Assembly: GCA_039801365.1 (NCBI GenBank)
Contig: JBDRUN010000002.1
Coordinates: forward strand, 4,411 to 68,410
From: a candidate division WOR-3 bacterium
GTDB taxonomy: Bacteria; Hydrothermota; Tepidihabitantia; Tepidihabitantales; Tepidihabitantaceae
Direction of reading: 5' to 3'
Length of the DNA: 64,000 nt
Position 1 is the stretch's first letter, and each line of letters starts with the position of its first letter. Below the pieces are notes generated by a model. The model did not search any database. It saw nothing but the letters and a program-made list of their open reading frames with translations, and was not told the origin of the DNA. Below are positions 9,679 through 19,615 of the stretch, piece after piece. A program made the translations under genes and the position numbers.

Positions 9679-10902
9679 TCAACCAGAGCCTTCAAACATC
9701 CAGACACGCTGCGGGTCAGTCGGGTCAAAGGCGATGTTGCAGATATTGCCGCAGCTCAGGGGCGATGTTTGGCGGGTCCAGTTGTCGCCGTCGTCTGTGG
9801 TCTTGAAAATAGCGTTGTCCATGAACTCGGCCCAGGCCGAACCCGGTGTACCTGGGACAAAGGCGATGGCCGGAATCTTGCCAATAAGTATCCCAGAATT
9901 GACCGCGGTCCAGCTTGCGCCGTAGTCCGTAGATTTGAACATCCCGGCAGTCGAACCGGCGTAAACAGTCGAGTTCTCACCCGGTACGGTCAGCACAGCC
10001 CGGATTGTCGTCCCAACCAGGCCGGGCCCGACGTTTGCCCAGGTCGAGCCGGCGTCGGTTGACTTCTGGACCGTTGACAGGCACGAGGAGTACATCACGT
10101 TAGGCTCGCCAGGTACGGCGACGATCCGGTAGTTGTAGTTGCCGGTGCTCTGCTTTGCCCAAGTCAGGCCGGCATCGGTCGAACGCCAGACCCCGTAGAG
10201 CGTGCCGGCAAACAACGTGTTATTGTCCGTCGGGCTGACAAACAGCGAATATATGTAGTAGGCGTTCGAAGGAAACTCAATCCTGGTCCAGGTTGCGCCA
10301 CAATCGGTCGAGCGGAAGAAAGCGGTTCGGTTCCCTGAATACCCGCCGACATACACTCTGGTCGTGTCAACCGGATCAATCGCGCACGAATAGGCGTAAC
10401 CATTCGCGGTCGAGATGGTGTCAACAAACGTGGTGGTCCAGGTCGTGCCGGCATTGGTGCTCTTTGCCAGGCTAATCTGCCACACAGTGCCATTGGACTT
10501 GTAGCAGGCAACGTAGATGACCTGTGGATTCTTAGGATTCACTGCCAAGTCGTAGCCAACGGTGTTCGTGCCAAGCGAAACTTGGCTCCAGGTCGCGCCC
10601 GCGTTTGTCGTGCGATAGAAGACACCGCTCACCACGCCAAAAAGTGTGTTCGGGTCAGTGGGATGCGCGGCCATGTTCCACGGATAGGTGCTCAAGGCTG
10701 CACCGGCCAGGGTCCAGTTTGTTCCGCCGTTCGTAGTTCTTAGCAGTGGTGTACTTGAGAGGCTCGGCGCGACGTAAATCGCAGCGCCACCGGCTGCCAC
10801 TACACCACAATAAATCGGCCCGCCTTCAGGGCCAACGCTCTGCCATTCTCCAATTGCTAAGCCGGCGAGCATCACCAGCGCTGAAATAATCAATGTTCTC
10901 AT
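9679..10902 (-). CDS. BNR/Asp-box repeat protein, N-terminal part with signal peptide
   Basis: Signal peptide 'MRTLIISALVMLAGLAIG' with ATG at 10902. Repeated 'F[KR][ST]TDxGxxWT' Asp-boxes. Ends at an in-frame TGA 9679-9681. Confidence 0.7.
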   Translation of the reverse strand: MRTLIISALVMLAGLAIGEWQSVGPEGGPIYCGVVAAGGAAIYVAPSLSSTPLLRTTNGGTNWTLAGAALSTYPWNMAAHPTDPNTLFGVVSGVFYRTTNAGATWSQVSLGTNTVGYDLAVNPKNPQVIYVACYKSNGTVWQISLAKSTNAGTTWTTTFVDTISTANGYAYSCAIDPVDTTRVYVGGYSGNRTAFFRSTDCGATWTRIEFPSNAYYIYSLFVSPTDNNTLFAGTLYGVWRSTDAGLTWAKQSTGNYNYRIVAVPGEPNVMYSSCLSTVQKSTDAGSTWANVGPGLVGTTIRAVLTVPGENSTVYAGSTAGMFKSTDYGASWTAVNSGILIGKIPAIAFVPGTPGSAWAEFMDNAIFKTTDDGDNWTRQTSPLSCGNICNIAFDPTDPQRVWMFEGSG

Positions 10903-10994
10903 ACTGCCTCGCTTTCCGGTTCGTGTCTGTGGTTCATGACTTCTGCCGCTGCATCGGTCCACGGCAGAACAGACACGCGTGCTGTCGCTTTGAA

Positions 10995-11022
10995 ATTTTA
11001 GACCGGGCTCGAGCCCTGTCAA
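10995..11022 (-). promoter_or_regulatory. Sigma70-like promoter for the BNR gene (TTGACA-16-TAAAAT) with a 12-bp palindrome GGGCTCGAGCCC in the spacer
   Basis: Minus strand reads ttgacaGGGCTCGAGCCCggtcTAAAAT. The -35 is the complement of 11017-11022 and the -10 the complement of 10995-11000. Confidence 0.5.
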
Positions 11023-11249
11023 TGGCCAGCCCGGCCCCGAAAAACTGGCATGGAATCACAGCGATACGGAGACAGACGGATGGCTGTGGCAGATCAACGG
11101 ACAGCAACCGAAAGTTTGTAATCCAGACCTTTGTATCCCCTTGACGCCGGGTCTTCTGTGAGTCGCTGTGCTTTTTCGATTTCGGCGGTTCGGACTGCCC
11201 TGAGACCGAGACTAGCGTAGTCGGTCTTGATTCCAGTCGGGGGGGGCTG

Positions 11250-14200
11250 TTAGTACTGGACTAGGAGTCTGTCGCGCCTGGCCGCGCGGGTCTGGACCAC
11301 TCCGGGCTCGCTGACTCGAGCATCAATCTTGTACAGGTAAACCCCGTTGGCCAGGGTCCGTCCTTCCTCATCCCTTCCGTCCCACTCGACCTGGTTGTAG
11401 CCGTACGAGCAAGGCTGCTCGAGCAGGCACCGGACCAGACGGCCTGAAATCGTGTACACCTTAATGCTTACGGACGCGGCGCGGGACAGCTCGAACGTGA
11501 AGGTGGCCGGACCAGATACTGGATTTGGATAGACAAGCACGTTCTCGATGCGCAGTTCGTCCGACATCTCGGCTCGGACGTACGCGGTCGCAACAAGCCG
11601 ATTGCGCAGGTTGTCCGACGCGACGACCGTGAGCGAATCCAGTTCCTTGCTGATTTCCACCGGGTAGGAGAACCGGCCGGTTGTGGTTGAGTTCTGGTCG
11701 TAGCCGAACACGGGCAGAAGGTCAATACGGCCTGATGTGCGGGCGCCAATGTAGAGCGAGAGGCTGTAGTCCGGCACCGCGGCAAGGAGAATACCGGACG
11801 GGTCTGAGATGATGCCTTCAAGCGTGAATCTTCTCGGTACGTCTGTTGTATCGCGCACTGCCAAGGGCCGGCGGTCAGCAAAGAGCATAAGTTCGGGTGC
11901 AGCGCGGTCCGTGACCGTGACCGTGTCGCCGAGCGCGAGGGTCTTTTTTCTTGCCGAGTACCCGGTCTGGTTGTCCCAAGCGAGCAAGCTGACCGAGGCA
12001 GTGTTCGGTTGGCGGATATACTTGCCATTGGGAACGATGAGAGTGTCCGGGTAGTCAAGCCTCGGCACCAGAAAAGAGCATTCCACCTGTCCCGAGTCGA
12101 ACGTGCCGAGCGCCTCCTGTAGTCGGTAGCCGGGAAGCACATAGCTGACGGCGCCGGCCTCAGAGCTGTAGGTTCGATACCAGTCAAGCTCACGTACCGA
12201 GATGCCATACCGTCCTTTTTGCACCGGTACAGAGTCGCTTACGGTGTTGGTGCCGCCCGGATACAGGGTGTCGGGTGTGACAATCGGCGGTATGCCCGGT
12301 TTTGGCAACCTCAGCATCATGCCCGGGTCCCCGAACATGTGGTATATCGTGTAGGTCAGCCAGGCGGGAAAGAAACTGGCACCGACTGGCAGGCTGTCGT
12401 TCTCCGCAAGTCGGCCAAACAGCGTGCGGGCAAACAGTTCGTTCGAGCCCGGGGTCGTTGCCTTGGAAGCACCGTACGTGGCAATGCAACCCGATTCCTT
12501 TCTGACCAGTTCCTCAGCAATCGCTTCGTAGCGAGTGTCTTCGAATCGACCGACACCGCACGAACCAAAGAACGCTAGTGGGTTACGACCGCCATTCGTG
12601 ACTTGAGGCACGCCGTCAATCGAGAGTGTCCGCTCATGGCAGAGCTGAAATCCGGCGCCGTGCCCGAAGAAACACCAGAACAAGGCGCCCTGGTTCAACT
12701 GATTCAAGAGATCGGTCCGCGCACCGGCCTTGTCGTTCACGCCGGTGTAGGGATACTCGGTCAGATAGATTTTCACCGGGTCCAAGAGATTGCGGGTGAA
12801 AAGCACAATGTTTTCGCATCCGACGATATGTGAGAACCCAATCGGGTCGCGCTTGCCCGGCTGGCCCAGCCACTCATCGTCCGCTAGCAGCACGAAGCGT
12901 TTTGCCCAGAACCCGAGCGGTTGTGTCTCGTAGGTTTTGACCTTATCTAGGAACCTGCGCAATTCGACTGCGCTGCGACAGGTGATGCGGGCCAGAACCA
13001 TGTCCGGCGCACCGCCCTGTCCCTGGAAATCGGCATACCAGGCGTCGTATGCCTTTGCGGTCATGCCATACACTTCAGGATCAATGTCATAGCCCATCTC
13101 GTAGGCCGGAACCGAGGGCATGTGCCCGAGCCCGAGCCGGTTCCGGTAATCATAAGTCGCATCGCCGGCCAAAAGCCCATACACCGGCTGCTTGTCCGCC
13201 AAGAAACGCTGGATTGCCGCCGGTTCCTCCATGCCGAAAGTGTAGTCGTCGTAGATGTCGGAAAGCCGGACCGCCCGGACCCGAGCTGATGGAATGCCGC
13301 GGACGTTACCTTCGCGATACCGGGCAAACATCCTGGCCGCGGCATGAAACTCGTCCGGACAGATGATATAATAGTCAGCCTGCTCGGCTTGGTCGAGCAG
13401 GCTACCGGGTCTGCGCGGTTCGAGTGTAAGCACCGGCCGAAGGTTGGCGACCAGGGCGCAACAGAACTCGCCCATGCCCCGGACTTCGACCTTTGCTTTG
13501 CGTGTGCTGCCTGACACCTCGGTGTCCACGATCCGCTTGGGCGCGCGCCAGTCGGTTACGTCCAGCAGCAGGACCTCGCCGGCCCCGCCCTCGACCGCAA
13601 ACTCAACCGGGCCGGAGTCGGCAAAGAAGAACCGCAAGAACGGCCGGGCCGATGACAGTTTGAGTTCCTGGGTGTAACGCACCTGGAGGAAATCAAGGTA
13701 ATCAACCATCTCTGGATCGCCATAGATCTCAATGGTCAGGGTGTCCGGCTGGCCGACCGGCCGCCGGGTCTCGGGTGGGATGCTGTCGAGCACAAAGTCG
13801 GCTGGCGGCGGACACGAGTGACTAGGCCGCATCCAAAGAGATTCTAGCAGCACGCCGTTCAAGTACAGTCGACAGAAGTGTTTGGATACGGTATCGCCCT
13901 CGGCCCTGGCCGCGTACATCCGGCCGGATATTTCTTCGATACTGGTGCGGCCGGGTAGTGGGATTTCGACTCGGTTCGCAACGCTGTCAACCCCGGCCTG
14001 CTTAAAGTACTTCTGCCAGAGCCACAAGAGTCCCGACCGCGCCGGACAGAGCAAGTCCTCCTCAACTCGAACATGAGCCGGTGCGGTCGTCGTCGGTCTT
14101 GTGGCACCGGCACCGGAGACACTTGCCATCCTTCGGCCCGGTTCGCCGCCCCAAGTCAGCCAAAAATACCGGTAATCGGTAAACAGATTCTCCTGCCACT

Positions 14201-15200
14201 GATTGTGGACCGAGTCCCAGCCGGACGTTTTCTCGGCATAAAAGGCGAGAAAGTCCGCCTTGTCGAATCGGCCGTCTTCCTCACCCTTCACATACACCGG
14301 AACTTCGACCATCGTGTCCGGATAGGATTCGTTGATTCTGTAGGGTCCCAGAGTGTACAGCTTGAACGTTGTCGGGTTGATGACAGTGGCGCTGAAGCCG
14401 GCTTTCTCAATGTCGGCCGGTGTTATCCGGTACACGCCGGTGGTCTCGGTCTTCACTTTGCACCATATCTCAGACCGTGCATAAAATCCGGCGCGTGATA
14501 TGGCCGAATTGCCCGAAGACTCTTTTCGTATGCTAGGTCCGCTCGGCTTCCAGTTTTTCGCCATCACACCGTTGACGAGGGCGGTTTCCAGTATGGGGTC
14601 GAACCGGTCCGTGCTGGGTACGTCGATTCCCGGTCGGGTGAATAAAATCGAAACCTTCAGCCTTCGCGCGGCGCGGACTGTCTTCTTCTCAGAGTCATAC
14701 TGCACCGGGTTCAGCCGGACAAAAGCCACCCGTACGCCACGCACGATGTCAATTTTCTCCACTTCAGCCCAATCGCGCCTCTGGCTCTTGGCCCTCGGCT
14801 TTTGGCTTCCCTCCGTGAAGCCCGGTGCCGGTCTGACCGTCACGCCCTCGAACGTCTCCACGTCCGACGCCTCGGCGCTCAACCTGATTTCACCCTGCTG
14901 CGGGATTCCGACAAGCGCGATTCTTCCCGGCAGGTCAGGTTCGCCCGGCTGGGCTAACTGGTACAGCCCAGGCGCCGACGCCACGACACCTTCAGTAGTC
15001 ACAGCCAGATTGAAGGTGTCAAGGGCGAGCTCCAACACAAGTCCGCGCTCGCCCGAGGAGAGAACGCTCAGTACGTCCCGGGTCGGCTCCGGCGCGAGGT
15101 TCAGCGCACCCGGCGTCGCGGCCACGTCCCCGGCCGCAAGTGTTATGGCAGTTGCAGAGAAAAAAAGAACCGGCAAGGCCCCTCGGAAGCAACGATTCAT
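11250..15200 (-). CDS. Peptidase C25 (gingipain-like) family protein with T9SS C-terminal sorting domain
   Basis: 'ADYYIICPDEFHAAARMFARYREG...LLAGDATYDYRNRLGLGHMPSVPAYEMGYD', C25-like. C-terminal 'YPNPVSGPATFTFELSRAASVSIKVYTISGRLV...WDGRDEEGRTLANGVYLYKI' is a T9SS CTD. Signal peptide at 'MNRCFRGALPVLFFSATAITLAAG'. Confidence 0.8.
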   Translation of the reverse strand: MNRCFRGALPVLFFSATAITLAAGDVAATPGALNLAPEPTRDVLSVLSSGERGLVLELALDTFNLAVTTEGVVASAPGLYQLAQPGEPDLPGRIALVGIPQQGEIRLSAEASDVETFEGVTVRPAPGFTEGSQKPRAKSQRRDWAEVEKIDIVRGVRVAFVRLNPVQYDSEKKTVRAARRLKVSILFTRPGIDVPSTDRFDPILETALVNGVMAKNWKPSGPSIRKESSGNSAISRAGFYARSEIWCKVKTETTGVYRITPADIEKAGFSATVINPTTFKLYTLGPYRINESYPDTMVEVPVYVKGEEDGRFDKADFLAFYAEKTSGWDSVHNQWQENLFTDYRYFWLTWGGEPGRRMASVSGAGATRPTTTAPAHVRVEEDLLCPARSGLLWLWQKYFKQAGVDSVANRVEIPLPGRTSIEEISGRMYAARAEGDTVSKHFCRLYLNGVLLESLWMRPSHSCPPPADFVLDSIPPETRRPVGQPDTLTIEIYGDPEMVDYLDFLQVRYTQELKLSSARPFLRFFFADSGPVEFAVEGGAGEVLLLDVTDWRAPKRIVDTEVSGSTRKAKVEVRGMGEFCCALVANLRPVLTLEPRRPGSLLDQAEQADYYIICPDEFHAAARMFARYREGNVRGIPSARVRAVRLSDIYDDYTFGMEEPAAIQRFLADKQPVYGLLAGDATYDYRNRLGLGHMPSVPAYEMGYDIDPEVYGMTAKAYDAWYADFQGQGGAPDMVLARITCRSAVELRRFLDKVKTYETQPLGFWAKRFVLLADDEWLGQPGKRDPIGFSHIVGCENIVLFTRNLLDPVKIYLTEYPYTGVNDKAGARTDLLNQLNQGALFWCFFGHGAGFQLCHERTLSIDGVPQVTNGGRNPLAFFGSCGVGRFEDTRYEAIAEELVRKESGCIATYGASKATTPGSNELFARTLFGRLAENDSLPVGASFFPAWLTYTIYHMFGDPGMMLRLPKPGIPPIVTPDTLYPGGTNTVSDSVPVQKGRYGISVRELDWYRTYSSEAGAVSYVLPGYRLQEALGTFDSGQVECSFLVPRLDYPDTLIVPNGKYIRQPNTASVSLLAWDNQTGYSARKKTLALGDTVTVTDRAAPELMLFADRRPLAVRDTTDVPRRFTLEGIISDPSGILLAAVPDYSLSLYIGARTSGRIDLLPVFGYDQNSTTTGRFSYPVEISKELDSLTVVASDNLRNRLVATAYVRAEMSDELRIENVLVYPNPVSGPATFTFELSRAASVSIKVYTISGRLVRCLLEQPCSYGYNQVEWDGRDEEGRTLANGVYLYKIDARVSEPGVVQTRAARRDRLLVQY

Positions 15201-15367
15201 ACATGAAATCATAAACCAGCCGCGCTCAGTGTCAATCCTGACGACAGCAAAGCCACTACTGCCGCGCAAGGTCGGTGCTGCGGTAACTCAGACTGAGAAG
15301 ACAAACCGCGTAGAAGGAGACGGCTTCTCGCAGACAGGCCGGTACTTTTCGGAAGACAGTCTGGTGC

Positions 15368-16909
15368 TCACCTGACAAGAACGAGCCTTGCCTCAGTTGA
15401 GGCTTGTCTCCGGTTGGCTGCTCTCACGAGATAGACTCCGGTCGGGACCGGTCTGCCAGCCCCATCAGTGCAGTCCCAGACCGCCATCCTGATGCCGTTC
15501 GACTGACAGGTCGCGGTGAGAGTCCGGACCAGCCGTCCAGCCGCGTCGTGAACCTCCAGACTGAATGACTCAGTCTCGCGGCCAAGCACAACGATGTTTG
15601 CTTTGCCGACGCACGGATTCGGGCTCACCTGAATGCCCCGCGTGGCCGGGGCGCTGCCGGGTTCCTCGGCCAGGCCGACCTCCACCATGCCCAGCGAGTC
15701 GGTCTTGACCAGGTACACGTACCAGTAGTCAACGTCACCGGTCAGCACGTAACCGCGGTCTGCGGTCTGCTCCACCCAGAAGGCGGAGACGGTCCCTAGG
15801 GTGAACGGGGGCCTGAAACTCCTGGTCCAGAGCGTATCGCCGAGCGAGTCGGTCCTGATAAGGCATGCCGCACGGCGAGGACCGCCAGGACCGGCGATGA
15901 CATACCCCTTGTCCCACGTTTGCCGGACGCAGTGGGCCCAGATGCCGTTCCCGCCGCATACGCGGAGCCATTGTATTTCGCCCAGGTAATCGGTCTTCAT
16001 CAGCATCGGGCCGCCATCCTGCTGCGCCGTGTCTTGGGTCGAACCGGTGATGATGTACCCGCCGTCGTCGGTCTGCCTGATGCTCATACCGTCGGCAAAC
16101 TGGTAGCGGTTCCACCGGTTCCGCACCTTGGTCCACAGGGTCTCGCCCAGCGAATCGGTCTTGACCAGATACATGTAGAGAGTGTCCGTCGTGTCGCGCA
16201 AGAGTCCGCTGACGATGTACCCGCCGTCGCTGGTCTGAACGACCGACTTTCCCACGCTGGCCTCTTCGCCGGGCACGGGGTAAGTTCTGAACCAGCTCAG
16301 CTCGCCGCGCGAGTCCACCTTCTCCAAGCCTAGATGAGTTCCGCAGGCGTCCTCGAATATCCCGGTGACGATGACTCCGCCGTCAGCAGTCGATGCAGCC
16401 GCGCCGGTGCTGACCGAAGCAGAAATGAAGAACTTGTTTCTCCACAACTCCTTGCCCGTTGAATCCACCTTTGCCGCAACCACGACATGACCGTTGTCGT
16501 TGTCAAACGTGTCACCGACGATGATGCAGCCCCCATCGGCCATCAGGCATTCGTAGCCCATTCGCCAGTCTTGGTACAGGGCTTTCCACAGCGTATCACC
16601 CAGCGAGTCGGTGCGCAAGAGAATCATGTTGTACGTGCAGTGCAGGCTATCGCCGGTTTGAACATGCCCGCCGACAATGTACCCGCCATCCGCGGTCTGC
16701 TCCACTGTGTACCCGCAGGCATTTCCCGGCACGCGCCAGCACCATGTCCGCTCAAACGTCACGACCGCCCCGGACCACGCGGGGAACACCAGAATTGCAA
16801 GAGGCAGCCTTGACAAAAGAATCCGGACCGCGGACGCCGCCGGATGGCTGGCTCGGTTCCTTCCGGCGCATGTCGCCGAGGAATTGCAGGTCAAGTGCCG
16901 GGCAGGCAC
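15368..16909 (-). CDS. Beta-propeller repeat protein with T9SS C-terminal domain
   Basis: About 7 tandem repeats of 'V[EQ]QT.DGGYI..G........Y.V.L[VI]KTDSLG.TLW'. CTD 'PNPCVGKANIVVLGRETESFSLEVHDAAGRLVRTL...GVYLVRA'. N-terminal start uncertain. Confidence 0.7.
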   Translation of the reverse strand: MPARHLTCNSSATCAGRNRASHPAASAVRILLSRLPLAILVFPAWSGAVVTFERTWCWRVPGNACGYTVEQTADGGYIVGGHVQTGDSLHCTYNMILLRTDSLGDTLWKALYQDWRMGYECLMADGGCIIVGDTFDNDNGHVVVAAKVDSTGKELWRNKFFISASVSTGAAASTADGGVIVTGIFEDACGTHLGLEKVDSRGELSWFRTYPVPGEEASVGKSVVQTSDGGYIVSGLLRDTTDTLYMYLVKTDSLGETLWTKVRNRWNRYQFADGMSIRQTDDGGYIITGSTQDTAQQDGGPMLMKTDYLGEIQWLRVCGGNGIWAHCVRQTWDKGYVIAGPGGPRRAACLIRTDSLGDTLWTRSFRPPFTLGTVSAFWVEQTADRGYVLTGDVDYWYVYLVKTDSLGMVEVGLAEEPGSAPATRGIQVSPNPCVGKANIVVLGRETESFSLEVHDAAGRLVRTLTATCQSNGIRMAVWDCTDGAGRPVPTGVYLVRAANRRQASTEARLVLVR

Positions 16910-16912
16910 GGT

Positions 16913-18233
16913 TTACCTCGCAACCACTATCTTGCCCGCGGCGCGGGCCGCGGCTGCTTCTATCGCGTAGAAGTACACGCCCGGAGCAACGCCATCGTGG
17001 TTCCAGACCAATTCGGTCGCGCCCGATGTTGCCGTGCTCCTGACAGAAGCTCTCACGCGGCCAGTCGCGTCGCGTACGCTCAGCGTGACCGGGCCGGAGA
17101 ATGGTGCTCCAATCCGGAACCGGTGCGTGCTAGGACCGGCAGACACAAAGACCGATACTTGGGGCCCACCTGTGCCGCTCTGTCCTCCGTCGCCTTGCTC
17201 CTCAGCGCCGCTGAGCGAGAACCGCTTGAAAATCTGGCCACTGCTGTGGCCGATTTCGGCGTACACGAACGAGCCGTCATGGCACAGCGCCGCGCCCTTG
17301 TACTGGTAGCTCCACCAAGTCCTTTCGGCGTCACTGGTGAAGTATCGGATGCCGCCGCCTCGCGCATCATAGACCCACCACTGCCTCCCGCCGCTTCCTC
17401 GGAAGCACCAAACTGAGTCGCCGCCCGGCTTGGTTGTCATTGCGCCGCCGTCGCTGATGTCATAAGCCACGCTCGCCGCCACTTCCGAGCGGTCCAAGAC
17501 CGGGTCGTACTTGTAGAGAATATACGTGTTGTCCCCGCGCTGCGCAAAGACCAGCCCCTTCGAGTAGCCCATGCCAGTCATCGGGCACCATGCCAACGCA
17601 CCACCGCCCTTGACCGGGTTGCCCATAACGGCGGAGGACAGCTCCTTCCATGCGCTTGGCTGAGGCGCACGGGTCGGGACCACCGGGAAACGGTAGCGGA
17701 AGAACCTTGAACTGCCACCGCCGACCAGCGCGTAGATATAGGCGTAGCTCAAGCCCGACTCCATGTGATAGCCTCCGAAACAGAGTGCGCCGCCGTCATA
17801 CACCGGAGCCGGTATGTCCTCAAGCCGCTGCCATGAGTTATACCCGGGACGGTAGATGTAGAACTCCTGCGTACGATTCCCCTTGAGCGCGAAGAGCCAG
17901 CCGTTTTCAGGGTAGGCGTAAGGGTCTGCCACGTACGCCATCGCCCCGCCCCAGTCAACCCTGGTCGTGGGGGTCTGCGGCATTGACTCCAGTGCCGGTC
18001 GCCGTCGTGATGTTGTAGCGGTGCAGTTGGCCGTGATATGGTGGTCTGGGCGCTGCATTCCGGCCGTGCAACAGCCACACATACGGAGTCCCGTTGCACC
18101 TGCCGAACGCCATTGCCGTTCCTTCGTACAGCGGGTACCCCGGGATATTCTCAAGGTCATACCATTGACCCGCCAGAAGGACCATCGGGCACAACACGAG
18201 CCCAATGATGCTCCACTGCTTCAGACTGCTCAT
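16913..18233 (-). CDS. Kelch-repeat protein with signal peptide and T9SS CTD, frameshifted within a G5/C5 run near 17968-17972
   Basis: ORF 17955..18314 supplies the signal peptide 'MSSLKQWSIIGLVLCPMVLLAGQ' (ATG 18233). ORF 16913..18205 supplies the Kelch-like body and CTD. Deleting one C/G in the homopolymer joins 'TGTGVNAADP' to 'TTRVDWGGAMAYVADPY' in one frame. Confidence 0.65.
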
Positions 18234-18240
18234 ACTTTTG

Positions 18241-18268
18241 AGGGGGCATCTGCCCCCCCTTTTTTTTG
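18241..18268 (+). terminator. GC hairpin (GGGGGGCATCTGCCCCCCC) followed by T8; terminator-like only in the + orientation
   Basis: Read directly. It lies between the chrA stop (18381) and the Kelch gene start (18233), both minus-strand, so it is not oriented to terminate either gene. Confidence 0.3.
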
Positions 18269-18380
18269 TGCCTGCCCGGCACTCGACCCTGTGTGCTGCG
18301 TCCCCACAGCACATCTTTCCTGAATCATGATAAGCCAGACCAGCGGCCTGTCAATACACCGGAAGGCACGAAGCCGAGAC

Positions 18381-19544
18381 TCAAGGCAGCAGGAGTCCGA
18401 CCAGCGCGCCGCCGAGGACCAGCCAGATAGGTTCGAGCCGGAACCGCAGGAGCAGAACAAGGCTCAAGAGCGCGACGAGCGCTGTCGCCGGGCCAGTCAG
18501 GGCAGTGCGGCCGATGAATACCGTGGCCGAAAGGAGCATGCCGGTGACCGCGGGCAGGACTCCGGACAGAAAACCGGCCACGAGCGGATGGTCCTTGACC
18601 CGGCGGTAGACGTGAATCAGGCCCCACAGCATGAAGAAAGACGGCAGGAATACCGCAAGCGTTGCGACCACGGCACCGACCAGGCCTGAAACTTTGTATC
18701 CGATGAAGGTCGCGGTAATCGCGACCGGACCGGGCGTCATCTGACCTAAGGCCACGCCGTCAATAAACTCGCGCGCGGTCAGCCAGTGCCGCGTGTTCAC
18801 CACCTCGTGCTGGAGGAATGGGATGAGTGCGAACCCGCCGCCGAAAATCAGCGCACCAACCTTGAGAAAAAGGCCGGCGAGTTCGAGCATCCGCTTCCAT
18901 CCGGTCGCAGGGATTGCTGTCGCAAGTATCAGCCAGGGTGCAAGTGCCATGGTCCGGCGCGCAAGGACCCGACCCAACGCGCCGGACAGGATGATGCCCA
19001 AGATGCCTGAGGCGAGCACGACGATAACCACGTCCACCTTGAGCAGGAGCGCAGCAAACGCGAGTGCGGCGATGATTCCAGTGCGCCAGTTCCTCACATG
19101 CGCGCGGCCGATGTGCCACGTGGCCCAGACAAGGATGCCGGCAACGACCGGCTGCACGCCAGCGAACAGCCGTGAGACTAAGGGCACGGACCCAAAGCGG
19201 AAGTAGAGGAAGCTGAGCACGCACATCAAGACAAAGCACGGCGCGAGTATGCTTGTGACCGCGACAATCATCCCACGTATGCCGTGCAGTTCATACCCGA
19301 CGTACTCGGCGTAGTTAGAAATGAATGGGCCGGGTAGCATCTGGCCCATCGCTACCGCGACGCCGAGCTGCCGGTCGTCAATCCAGTGCCTGCGCAGCAC
19401 TACTTCTTGACGAAGAAGCGCCAGCATACCGACCCCGCCGCCGAACCCGATGGTCCCGACCTTGGCAAATGCGAGTGCGAGCCGCCAGAGCGAAACCCGA
19501 CCAGCCGGCGCGGGCGCAGGTTTGTTGCCGGGCACTGCTGCCAC
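18381..19544 (-). CDS. chrA: Chromate transporter ChrA (CHR family)
   Basis: Duplicated CHR halves with 'GFGGGVGMLALLRQEVV' and 'ALIFGGGFALIPFLQHEVV' motifs. Confidence 0.85.
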   Translation of the reverse strand: MAAVPGNKPAPAPAGRVSLWRLALAFAKVGTIGFGGGVGMLALLRQEVVLRRHWIDDRQLGVAVAMGQMLPGPFISNYAEYVGYELHGIRGMIVAVTSILAPCFVLMCVLSFLYFRFGSVPLVSRLFAGVQPVVAGILVWATWHIGRAHVRNWRTGIIAALAFAALLLKVDVVIVVLASGILGIILSGALGRVLARRTMALAPWLILATAIPATGWKRMLELAGLFLKVGALIFGGGFALIPFLQHEVVNTRHWLTAREFIDGVALGQMTPGPVAITATFIGYKVSGLVGAVVATLAVFLPSFFMLWGLIHVYRRVKDHPLVAGFLSGVLPAVTGMLLSATVFIGRTALTGPATALVALLSLVLLLRFRLEPIWLVLGGALVGLLLP

Positions 19545-19615
19545 GCGCCAATTCTAACGGAAATCAGAGTGTCCGCAAAAGGCTTGAACCGCTGATGAAC
19601 TCCTGTGACGCCCGG

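Noticed and set aside
11468-12208. 246-aa ORF and several other 60-160-aa ORFs inside or antisense to the large C25 genes
   Set aside because: All are embedded in or antisense to long ORFs with strong family features. Arg/Ser/Pro-rich spurious frames.
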